A stretch of 64,000 nt of DNA from an uncultured Bacilli bacterium. Its GTDB lineage: Bacteria > Bacillota_I > Bacilli_A > RF39 > UBA660. The stretch lies in assembly GCA_947625505.1 (NCBI GenBank), contig CANQON010000005.1, positions 819 to 64,818 on the forward strand, written 5' to 3'. The notes beneath the pieces are model-generated. The model was not told the origin of the DNA. It worked only from the letters and a program-made list of their open reading frames with translations, and did not search any database. Position 1 is the stretch's first letter, and every line of letters starts with the position of its first letter. Below are positions 38,190 through 46,305 of the stretch, piece by piece. The translations under genes and the position numbers were made by a program.

Positions 38190-39059
38190 TTATACATTAG
38201 GATATCCCATAATTTTTAAAACTATTCTAGCATCTATTGATTTAATAGACTTATTTAATTTATCAAACTCTTTAGTAATCAAAGTTATTAAGTCATTGTA
38301 ATCTTGTTCATTTAAGAATTTTTCCATACTTCTAATTAACATATATAAATTAGTTGAATTGTTATTTATTTTATATGTGTTATCTATTAAGCTAAAAGTC
38401 ATAAAAAATTTACTATGAAAAGAAAATAATCTATCAGAATGAGCACAAATATTTCTTGCTAATGTCATATTAATAAGAATTTGTTTTAATAATTTTGGTG
38501 ATACATTAAATTTTTTAGCTATTTCATTTCTATCTGATTGTTTTAATAATCCATACCATCTACTTATTTGTCCAAAAGATAAGATTTTAATTGCAACAAA
38601 TGGAGGTATAAAGCCATAGGTTTGATCATAATGCGTAATAGCTGGATGCTTGCCTTTATTTTTATCTATTTCTGTTATGATAGAATCAATTACATCATTT
38701 ATATCATCTTCATTTGCTAATTCATCAAAATTTGTTTTGTTAAGATAATCTTTAATCCCATAATTCTTAGCAATTATATTTCCCATCATACCCCTTATTT
38801 TTAATTCAAATTCTAAAGCATACTTTAAAAATATAACTCTTATATTTTTATCAAAATCATATAAAGAATATATTTCATTAAAATGAACATTTTCAAAATA
38901 TGTATTATCATCTTTTTTAAATACATATTTATATGTGTTAATAACAGAATAATATGAATAATTATCTATAATATTTAAGGCTCTATTCTCATCATCAATT
39001 ATTACATTTTTATTTTTTAAATGTTCTAATAATTCTTCATTATGTTTATATTCTTTCAT
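38190..39059 (-). CDS. Abi_2 family abortive-infection protein (AbiD/AbiF-like, HEPN)
   Basis: N-terminal pattern ..LNIIDNYSYYSVINTYKY..F..V.F.EIYSLYDFDKNIR and the HEPN R-x4-H motif (LARNICAHSDRLF). Start taken at MKEYKHNEE behind GGGGGAA. Confidence 0.8.
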   Translation of the reverse strand: MKEYKHNEELLEHLKNKNVIIDDENRALNIIDNYSYYSVINTYKYVFKKDDNTYFENVHFNEIYSLYDFDKNIRVIFLKYALEFELKIRGMMGNIIAKNYGIKDYLNKTNFDELANEDDINDVIDSIITEIDKNKGKHPAITHYDQTYGFIPPFVAIKILSFGQISRWYGLLKQSDRNEIAKKFNVSPKLLKQILINMTLARNICAHSDRLFSFHSKFFMTFSLIDNTYKINNNSTNLYMLIRSMEKFLNEQDYNDLITLITKEFDKLNKSIKSIDARIVLKIMGYPNV

Positions 39060-39080
39060 ATAATATTCCCCCATAAAAAA

Positions 39081-39118
39081 ATTGACTCAGGGCTTCATAA
39101 GTTTCCTGAGTACCAATC
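39081..39118 (-). ncRNA. conserved bulged hairpin motif, copy 1 (abi 5' leader, attenuator-like)
   Basis: Minus strand: GATTGGTACTCAGG-AAACTTATGAAGC-CCTGAGTCAAT followed by TTTTTTT. A 7-bp core stem, GU bulge and 4-bp distal stem, lying between the predicted TSS and the RBS. Confidence 0.45.
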
Positions 39119-39125
39119 GTTAAAG

Positions 39126-39155
39126 AGTATATCATATATTTGTATATAAAGTCAA
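39126..39155 (-). promoter_or_regulatory. promoter of the abi cassette
   Basis: On the minus strand, TTGACT, 18 nt, TGaTATACT (extended -10). Confidence 0.55.
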
Positions 39156-39204
39156 TACAATTGTATATACATTCAATGCATTATTAATGTAATTTTTATA
39201 AAAA

Positions 39205-39270
39205 ATATCATAGAAAAAGACTAAGTTTCCTTAGTCTTTAATCTTTATTATTAAGCTTGTTTTTCTTTGA
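39205..39270. repeat. 66-bp direct repeat, copy B (last 20 nt of ppdK plus its terminator)
   Basis: See copy A. Positions 39251-39270 encode ..IKEKQA-stop of ppdK. Confidence 0.9.
39212..39239 (-). terminator. ppdK rho-independent terminator
   Basis: On the minus strand, AAGACTAAG-gaaa-CTTAGTCTT followed by TTTTC. Confidence 0.75.
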
Positions 39271-41875
39271 TTGCAGCTTGAGCAGCAGCTAATCTAGCAA
39301 TAGGTACTCTAAATGGAGAACAAGATACATAAGTTAATCCTACATTATGGCAGAATTCTACTGATGATGGATCTCCTCCATGTTCACCACAGATACCTAA
39401 TTTAATATTAGGTCTAGTAGCTTTACCTTTACTAGCAGCCATTTCAACTAATTGTCCTACACCAGTTTGATCTAGTTTAGCAAATGGATCTTGCTCATAA
39501 ATCTTATGATCATAATATGCACCTAAGAATTTACCTGCATCATCTCTAGAGAAACCAAAAGTCATTTGTGTTAAGTCATTAGTACCAAATGAGAAGAATT
39601 CAGCTTCTTTAGCTATTTCATCAGCTGTTAAAGCAGCTCTTGGTATTTCAATCATAGTACCAATATGATATTCCATATCAGAGTTTTTCTCTTTCTTAAC
39701 TTGTTCAGCTACTTCGACAACAATATCCTTAACAAATTTTAATTCTTTAACTTCACCTACTAATGGAATCATAATTTCAGGTACAATATCGTATCCTTCT
39801 TCTTCTTTAACTTCAATAGCAGCTTCCATTAAAGCTCTTGTTTGCATTCTAGCTATTTCTGGATAAGTAACAGCTAAACGACATCCTCTATGTCCCATCA
39901 TTGGGTTGAATTCATGTAATTCGTCACATTTAGCTTTTAAATGCTCTACAGATACATTCATATCTTTAGCTAAAGCTTCAATATCAGCTTCTTCTTTAGG
40001 TAAGAATTCATGTAGAGGTGGATCTAAGTAACGTACTGTCATTGGTAATCCTTTTAATACCTTATACATAGCTTTAAAGTCACCTTTTTGGAATGGAATT
40101 AAAGCGTCTAAAGCAGCTTCTCTTTGTTCAACTGTTTCAGATAAGATCATCTTACGAATAGCTGGAATTCTTTCTTCATCAAAGAACATATGCTCAGTAC
40201 GACATAATCCAATACCTTCAGCTCCTAATTCAACAGCTTTCTTAGTATCTGTAGGGTTATCAGCATTAGTTCTTACTCTTAATCTTCTATATTTATCAGC
40301 CCATTCCATAACACGTCCAAATTCACCTGCGATAGTTGCATCAACAGTAGGAATAGCTCCATCATAAATATTACCAGTAGATCCATCAATAGAGATAACA
40401 TCTCCTTCATGGAATGTTTTACCAGCTAAAGTGAATTGTTTATTAGCTTCATCCATTTGGATTTCACCACATCCAGATACACAACAAGTACCCATACCAC
40501 GAGCAACAACAGCAGCATGAGAAGTCATACCTCCACGTACTGTTAAAATACCTTGACTAGCTTTCATACCTGTAATATCTTCTGGAGATGTTTCAAGTCT
40601 AACAAGAACAACTTTCTTACCTTCAGCATGCCATTTTTCAGCATCTTCAGCAGAGAAGACAACTTGTCCACAAGCAGCACCTGGAGATGCTCCTAATCCT
40701 TTACCAATAGCTTGTGCTTCTTTTAAAGCTTTTTGATCAAATTGTGGATGTAGTAATGTATCTAAGTTTCTAGGATCTATCATTAAGACAGCTTCTTCTT
40801 CTGTACGCATTCCTTCATCTACTAAATCACAAGCAATTTTTAAAGCAGCTTGTGCTGTACGTTTACCATTTCTTGTTTGTAACATATAAAGTTTACCATG
40901 TTCAACAGTAAATTCCATATCTTGCATATCACGATAATGTTCTTCTAGAGTTTTACATACCTCTTTAAATTGTTCAAATGCTTCTGGGAATTTTTGTTCC
41001 ATTTCAGCAATCTTCATTGGTGTTCTAACGCCTGCAACAACGTCTTCACCTTGAGCATTAGTTAAGAATTCACCAAATAAACCTTTTTCACCTGTAGCAG
41101 GATCTCTTGTGAAAGCAACACCAGTTCCACAATCATCACCCATGTTACCAAAAGCCATTGATTGAACGTTTACAGCAGTTCCCCATGAATAAGGAATATC
41201 ATTATCTCTTCTATAAACATTAGCTCTTGGATTATCCCATGATCTAAATACAGCTTTAATAGCTCCCATTAATTGTTCTTTTGGATCATCAGGGAAATCA
41301 GTTCCAATCTTATTCTTATATTCAGCTTTAAATTGGTTAGCTAATTCCTTTAAGTCATCAGCATCAAGTTCTACATCTTGTTTTACCCCTTTTTCAGCTT
41401 TCATTTTATCAATTAATTCTTCAAAGTATTTTTTACCAACTTCCATAACAACATCAGAATACATTTGAATAAATCTTCTATAACAATCCCATGCCCATCT
41501 TGGATTATTACTCTTTTCAGCTAAAACATTAACAACATCCTCATTTAATCCTAAATTAAGGATTGTATCCATCATACCAGGCATAGATGCTCTAGCTCCA
41601 GATCTAACAGAAACTAATAAAGGATTTTCTTTATCTCCAAATTTCTTTCCTGTTATCTCTTCCATTTTACCAATATACTCATTGATTTGACTTTGAATTT
41701 CAGCATTAATTTCTCTACCATCCTCATAATATTGAGTACAAGCTTCAGTTGTAATTGTGAATCCTTGAGGAACAGGTAGACCAATATTTGTCATTTCAGC
41801 AAGGTTAGCGCCTTTACCACCTAATAGGTTACGCATGTCAGCATTACCTTCTGTAAATAAGTATACATATTTCAT
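39251..41875 (-). CDS. ppdK: pyruvate, phosphate dikinase
   Basis: 874 aa and collinear with PPDK: ATP-grasp N-terminus, phospho-His loop GGMTSHAAVVARG, and PEP-utilising C-terminal GICGEHGGDP. Strong TAAGGAGG RBS. Confidence 0.95.
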   Translation of the reverse strand: MKYVYLFTEGNADMRNLLGGKGANLAEMTNIGLPVPQGFTITTEACTQYYEDGREINAEIQSQINEYIGKMEEITGKKFGDKENPLLVSVRSGARASMPGMMDTILNLGLNEDVVNVLAEKSNNPRWAWDCYRRFIQMYSDVVMEVGKKYFEELIDKMKAEKGVKQDVELDADDLKELANQFKAEYKNKIGTDFPDDPKEQLMGAIKAVFRSWDNPRANVYRRDNDIPYSWGTAVNVQSMAFGNMGDDCGTGVAFTRDPATGEKGLFGEFLTNAQGEDVVAGVRTPMKIAEMEQKFPEAFEQFKEVCKTLEEHYRDMQDMEFTVEHGKLYMLQTRNGKRTAQAALKIACDLVDEGMRTEEEAVLMIDPRNLDTLLHPQFDQKALKEAQAIGKGLGASPGAACGQVVFSAEDAEKWHAEGKKVVLVRLETSPEDITGMKASQGILTVRGGMTSHAAVVARGMGTCCVSGCGEIQMDEANKQFTLAGKTFHEGDVISIDGSTGNIYDGAIPTVDATIAGEFGRVMEWADKYRRLRVRTNADNPTDTKKAVELGAEGIGLCRTEHMFFDEERIPAIRKMILSETVEQREAALDALIPFQKGDFKAMYKVLKGLPMTVRYLDPPLHEFLPKEEADIEALAKDMNVSVEHLKAKCDELHEFNPMMGHRGCRLAVTYPEIARMQTRALMEAAIEVKEEEGYDIVPEIMIPLVGEVKELKFVKDIVVEVAEQVKKEKNSDMEYHIGTMIEIPRAALTADEIAKEAEFFSFGTNDLTQMTFGFSRDDAGKFLGAYYDHKIYEQDPFAKLDQTGVGQLVEMAASKGKATRPNIKLGICGEHGGDPSSVEFCHNVGLTYVSCSPFRVPIARLAAAQAAIKEKQA

Positions 41876-41899
41876 TTATTTTCCTCCTTACACCACAAT

Positions 41900-41928
41900 A
41901 TTATAACATTTAAACATGAGTGACACAA
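41900..41928 (-). promoter_or_regulatory. ppdK promoter
   Basis: On the minus strand, TTGTGT, 17 nt, (TGt)TATAAT. Confidence 0.5.
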
Positions 41929-41929
41929 C

Positions 41930-41962
41930 AAAAAAAGTGTAAAAAATTAATTCTTTACACTT
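41930..41962 (-). terminator. tdk terminator
   Basis: On the minus strand, AAGTGTAAA-loop-TTTACACTT followed by TTTTT. Overlaps the tdk stop. Confidence 0.6.
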
Positions 41963-42536
41963 CTCTAATTCCCATTACTTTTTCTAGGTAACACTTACCA
42001 CATAAAGGCTCATATGTCACATCATTCATACCATCTATCGCAACCTCAGCTCCATCTGTTACAAATTTACCATTTACCTTACGTCCTTGGAATTTAGCTT
42101 TCGATCCACATGAACAAATAGTTACTAATTCTTCTAATTCATCAGCTAATTCTAATAATGCTTTACTACCTATAAAACATTTAGATTTAAAAGTTGTACG
42201 TAAGCCATAACATATAACTGGTATATCTGTTAATTTAGCAATTTTCCATAAGTCTTCTACTTGATCAGGTTGTAAGAATTGAGCTTCATCAACTAAGATA
42301 CAAGCTAAACCATTTAAGTCGACTTTCTCACGGACATTCATTTTAGGTGTTAAAACAATATCAGCTTTTCTTTTAAGACCTATACGGGTAACAATATTTT
42401 TACCTCCTTTTAAGTCTACTGATGGTTTAATAATACATATTTTTAATCCATTTTCTTCATAGTTATGAGCTGTTTGTAATAAATGAATAGTTTTACCACA
42501 ATTCATCGCACCATAACGAAAATATAATTTTGCCAT
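41955..42536 (-). CDS. tdk: thymidine kinase
   Basis: P-loop YGAMNCGKT, DEAQF Walker B, and a C-terminal zinc ribbon (CSCGSKA...CGKC). Confidence 0.93.
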   Translation of the reverse strand: MAKLYFRYGAMNCGKTIHLLQTAHNYEENGLKICIIKPSVDLKGGKNIVTRIGLKRKADIVLTPKMNVREKVDLNGLACILVDEAQFLQPDQVEDLWKIAKLTDIPVICYGLRTTFKSKCFIGSKALLELADELEELVTICSCGSKAKFQGRKVNGKFVTDGAEVAIDGMNDVTYEPLCGKCYLEKVMGIREV

Positions 42537-42544
42537 AATTCCCC

Positions 42545-43444
42545 CTATGATTTATGTGCTCTTGGATGAGCATTTAAATATACACCTCTTAATCTTTCAT
42601 TAGTAAGATGCGTATAGATAGTTGTAGTACTTAATGATTCATGTCCTAATAATTCTTGAACACTACGTAAATCAGCTCCATTATTTAGCATATCTGTTGC
42701 AAAAGTATGTCTAAGTACATGGGGTGAAATATGTATTTTAAGTCCTGAGGCTGCTACTATATCATCTAATACATTTCTTACTTCCCGAGGATTAATCTTT
42801 CTTCCTGTTTTACTAAGTAATAAATAATCACTACTATATTTAAGATTATATAATTTATCTCTTCCTTTACTTAAATATTCTTTTAATTTATATTCACATG
42901 TTTTACCAAATAAAACAATTCTTTCTTTACTACCTTTACCTAAGATATTTATTTCTTTATTATTAAAATTAATATCTTTTAGTCTTATATTAACTAGTTC
43001 ACTAACACGTACACCTGTAGAATATAATAATTCTAATATTAAGGAATCACGTAATCCAAGTGGTGTATTAAGATTAGGAATATTCATTAATGTTTCTAAC
43101 TCTTTAGGATATAAGATTTTAGGTAATTTTTTTTCTTGTTTAGGATTACTAATTAAAAGCATAGGATTATTATTGATAAGATCATATTTTTTTAAATATT
43201 TAAAGAAACTACGTAAAGAACTTATATGACGCGCTATAGCTTTACTAGCATATTTCTTATCATATAAGTAATTTAAATATTTTCTAATTAATTGATAATC
43301 AATCTTTTTAATATCTTGAACTTTTTCAATAACTAAAAAGTCACTAAATAATTCTAAATCATCACGATAATTAATAATCGTATTCATCGAATACTTTTTT
43401 TCATTAGCTAAGACATCTAAAAAGTCATTAATATAATTTTTCAA
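42545..43444 (-). CDS. xerC: site-specific tyrosine recombinase XerC-like
   Basis: STGVRVSEL, HVLRHTFATDML and LGHESLSTTTIYTHL motifs. Apparent TTG start 5 nt after AAGAGG. Confidence 0.85.
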   Translation of the reverse strand: MKNYINDFLDVLANEKKYSMNTIINYRDDLELFSDFLVIEKVQDIKKIDYQLIRKYLNYLYDKKYASKAIARHISSLRSFFKYLKKYDLINNNPMLLISNPKQEKKLPKILYPKELETLMNIPNLNTPLGLRDSLILELLYSTGVRVSELVNIRLKDINFNNKEINILGKGSKERIVLFGKTCEYKLKEYLSKGRDKLYNLKYSSDYLLLSKTGRKINPREVRNVLDDIVAASGLKIHISPHVLRHTFATDMLNNGADLRSVQELLGHESLSTTTIYTHLTNERLRGVYLNAHPRAHKS

Positions 43445-43445
43445 T

Positions 43446-44534
43446 TTAACCTCTTACACGCTTTTTATATTCATTAATATATAAACCCGCTACTATATCA
43501 GCAAACATTTTATATGAGTTATATGTTCCATATTTATAATCACGAATAATAACCGTATCTAACTTACTAAAGTTTTCTTTATATATTTGTTCTAAATGTT
43601 CATCACTAGTTAATATTAAAACAGTAATACTTCTACTAGCAGCACGCATTATTTTTTCAGCTAAATCATGATTAAAATCATTACCATCAACTATAACCAT
43701 AATCGAATTATCATAGATTCTAGTAAACTCTGTTGTTAAAGGCAAAGATACGTTAGCATTAAAAGGATAATAAATAGGATTATTAAAACACTTCTTACAA
43801 TTATTATATAATTCAACATACTCTGCTTTCGTACTATCTGTTATATTACCTCCAAAAATAAAGACAGGCTTTTTATTATCAAAAGCATTACCAAACTTCT
43901 TAAAGAAATTTGGATGTTCAAAGACAGCAAAAGGACTTTGTTTTGGAGCCTCTTCTTTTTTCTTTGGAATTACTTTAGGATTTAAATTACCCTCTTTTAA
44001 ATGTTTAAGATAACTACGATAAATCATATCAATAGTAGGTATTTTACGATCTTGATAATCTTCAAGATAATTATTATATTGATAACATATACGACGAATA
44101 AAATCATAATATTCATCTTCTGATAGATTATCCATAACCTCTTTTAATATTTTTCTTATCTCACTATCAGTTACATCTTTATCTAGTATTAAATCACGAT
44201 ATTTTTTATCTAGTAAACTTTTTTCATAAGTTAAAGCATACTTTAAAAAATGACGATTACGAACAATGGATTTAACTGCAACTAAATGTTTTTTATACAT
44301 AACAAAACGTTCTTTATCATTAGGTAAAAAAAGTCTTATTTTTATATCTACTTCACTATGGTCATCTATCTCATATATATGATTAAACTCATCTATTTTT
44401 TCAGGATATTCTTTTAAAATAGCTTTAGCTGTATCAAATTTAACTGTATATTTATCGATATCACTTAATTCTCCATCTAGTAAATGTACTGCATTAACAC
44501 TAGAATTATTCAGTGAAATACATAGAAATGCCAT
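43446..44534 (-). CDS. hypothetical protein
   Basis: Start taken at MAFLCISL behind AGGTGA. The C-terminal 130 aa alternate beta and alpha segments (Rossmann-like: PVFIFGG...IMVIVDG...ITVLILTSD). No catalytic motif recognised. Confidence 0.55.
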   Translation of the reverse strand: MAFLCISLNNSSVNAVHLLDGELSDIDKYTVKFDTAKAILKEYPEKIDEFNHIYEIDDHSEVDIKIRLFLPNDKERFVMYKKHLVAVKSIVRNRHFLKYALTYEKSLLDKKYRDLILDKDVTDSEIRKILKEVMDNLSEDEYYDFIRRICYQYNNYLEDYQDRKIPTIDMIYRSYLKHLKEGNLNPKVIPKKKEEAPKQSPFAVFEHPNFFKKFGNAFDNKKPVFIFGGNITDSTKAEYVELYNNCKKCFNNPIYYPFNANVSLPLTTEFTRIYDNSIMVIVDGNDFNHDLAEKIMRAASRSITVLILTSDEHLEQIYKENFSKLDTVIIRDYKYGTYNSYKMFADIVAGLYINEYKKRVRG

Positions 44535-44598
44535 ATCATCACCTACTATCATTATAGTAGTTATAGCACTAAAAAATCAAGCTTTTTTTTAAGCTTGA

Positions 44599-45666
44599 TT
44601 AATTAAAACTATTTACACCATTAGTAAAATCATCAACTAATTTATTAAATTGAAGTAAATTTTCTGCTAAAGCTGCACGCTCTTTTTCTATTTGTTCTCT
44701 TTCTTTAGCTAAATTACTTCTTTCAATATCTAATTGTTCTTTACGTTTAACAAGACCTATTTCTACTTGTTCAATATCTTTATTACGACTATCATAAGAA
44801 TCTTTTAATTCTTTTTCTAATGTCTTTAAATTAGCTAAAGCTGTACTCTTATAAGTTTCAAAATCTTTTCTTTCCGTATTAAACTTAGCTTGATCACTTC
44901 TTAAAGCTACAAGTTCTTGTTCAATATCAGCTTTCTTTTGTTGTAATTTAGCATATACTTCTTCTTTATAAGAATTAATTTCTTGATAATCACTTTTCTT
45001 ATTAGCTTCATGTTCTTGTTGTAAACGTCTTAACTCATTAAAACGTTCTTCAATTTTTCTTTTAATCTCAGCATTACGATTAACAATCTCAGAAGCTCCC
45101 TTAACATTATTTGAAACTTTATCAAATAATTGACTTAAATCACGCATATCAACTTGATTAGAACTTTCAATCTTTGGTGTAACCATAGGTTTTACTGGTT
45201 CAGGCTTAGGTGCTGGTGTAGGAACTACTTTAACTTCAGGACTTGTTTTAGCATTATTAATTAATGGATTAGGTATGTCAGCATGTTTAGGCTCTTCTTT
45301 TTCTTCTTTAGGTTTAGAAGTACGATTTAAATAATCATCAACACTAGCTACCATAGGACTAGGATTCTTAGAAGCAATTTTTACTTCAGGAATTCTAATT
45401 GTTTCATCTAAGACATCTTTTTCTACTTTAACAGGAGGCTTCTCTTTTTCTACTTTTTCCTTTTCTGTATATAAATCAATCTTAGGTTCTTCTTTTTTAT
45501 CTTCACTATAATCCATATAGAAATCTGCTAAATCATCATCACTTTGTTTATTATTATTAATTGGTTTAATATCTTCATCATCCAATAACTTTAAATCATC
45601 ATCATAATCAAGATTATTTAATTCTGTTAGAATATCTTCACTATTAACATCTGCAATATTTTTCAT
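44599..45666 (-). CDS. hypothetical acidic / Pro-rich / coiled-coil protein
   Basis: Acidic N-terminus, a PxP-rich middle (VVPTPAPKPEPVKPMVTPK) and a C-terminal 170 aa of heptad-like K/E/Q repeats. Confidence 0.6.
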   Translation of the reverse strand: MKNIADVNSEDILTELNNLDYDDDLKLLDDEDIKPINNNKQSDDDLADFYMDYSEDKKEEPKIDLYTEKEKVEKEKPPVKVEKDVLDETIRIPEVKIASKNPSPMVASVDDYLNRTSKPKEEKEEPKHADIPNPLINNAKTSPEVKVVPTPAPKPEPVKPMVTPKIESSNQVDMRDLSQLFDKVSNNVKGASEIVNRNAEIKRKIEERFNELRRLQQEHEANKKSDYQEINSYKEEVYAKLQQKKADIEQELVALRSDQAKFNTERKDFETYKSTALANLKTLEKELKDSYDSRNKDIEQVEIGLVKRKEQLDIERSNLAKEREQIEKERAALAENLLQFNKLVDDFTNGVNSFN

Positions 45667-45681
45667 AATTCACCTCGATAT

Positions 45682-46206
45682 TTACTCAGAAACATCGTGG
45701 ATTTTTTTATAGTCTTCAAAAAATTCTCTAAAATTAGCACAACTATTAACTATTTCCTTTGTCTCTAAGTAAAGTTTTTCTCTATCAAGCTCTTTTTGTT
45801 TTTCATACTCTGCTTTTTCTGCTTGAAAGCTTTCTTCAGACAATTTCTTTAAAGCTTCCCATTCGCTCTTAGCTCGGGCAAATTTTTCTTTTTCGTATTC
45901 TAATTCTTCACGTTCTAAACGAATTCTTTCATAAGCTAGTTTCTTTTCTATCTCAAATAAATTTCGTTCTTCATCAAGAGTAAGAATATCTGTAGGCTCT
46001 TGCTTTTCATCAGATGATTCTTCATCGATAATTTCTTGAAGTAATTTTTCAAATTCTTCATCATTAAGAACTGATTCACTATCTTCTTCATCATCACTTA
46101 AAGTAAAATTATCATCAGAATCTAAATCCATAAAATGAGGATTTCCTAATAATAAGTCTTCATCATATAAATCATCTTTTGCTATCATAAAATTGTCTTT
46201 CATCAT
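45682..46206 (-). CDS. hypothetical acidic coiled-coil protein
   Basis: 174 aa, D/E-rich with an E/K coiled-coil segment. Confidence 0.55.
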   Translation of the reverse strand: MMKDNFMIAKDDLYDEDLLLGNPHFMDLDSDDNFTLSDDEEDSESVLNDEEFEKLLQEIIDEESSDEKQEPTDILTLDEERNLFEIEKKLAYERIRLEREELEYEKEKFARAKSEWEALKKLSEESFQAEKAEYEKQKELDREKLYLETKEIVNSCANFREFFEDYKKIHDVSE

Positions 46207-46305
46207 ATCACCAGTAACCTCTTCTTATTCTCTACCCTCTAGAATGATTTTTCATTCTTCATGTTAATTATATCATAGGTTTTTAATAAAAAACAATATT
46301 TTTAT

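Larger units (their letters stand above)
38057..39204 (-). mobile_element. single-gene Abi defence cassette bounded by the 66-bp direct repeats; no recombinase
   Basis: Self-contained unit of promoter, hairpin leader, abi ORF, second hairpin and strong terminator, sitting between the duplicated ppdK tails. Confidence 0.5.

Noticed and set aside
39221-39231. A 10-nt identity (AGGAAACTTA) between the ppdK terminator loop region and the 5' stem-loop of the abi hairpin motif, as a possible recombination microhomology.
   Set aside because: It is too short to distinguish from chance in AT-rich sequence and lies well inside the 66-bp repeat rather than at its boundary.
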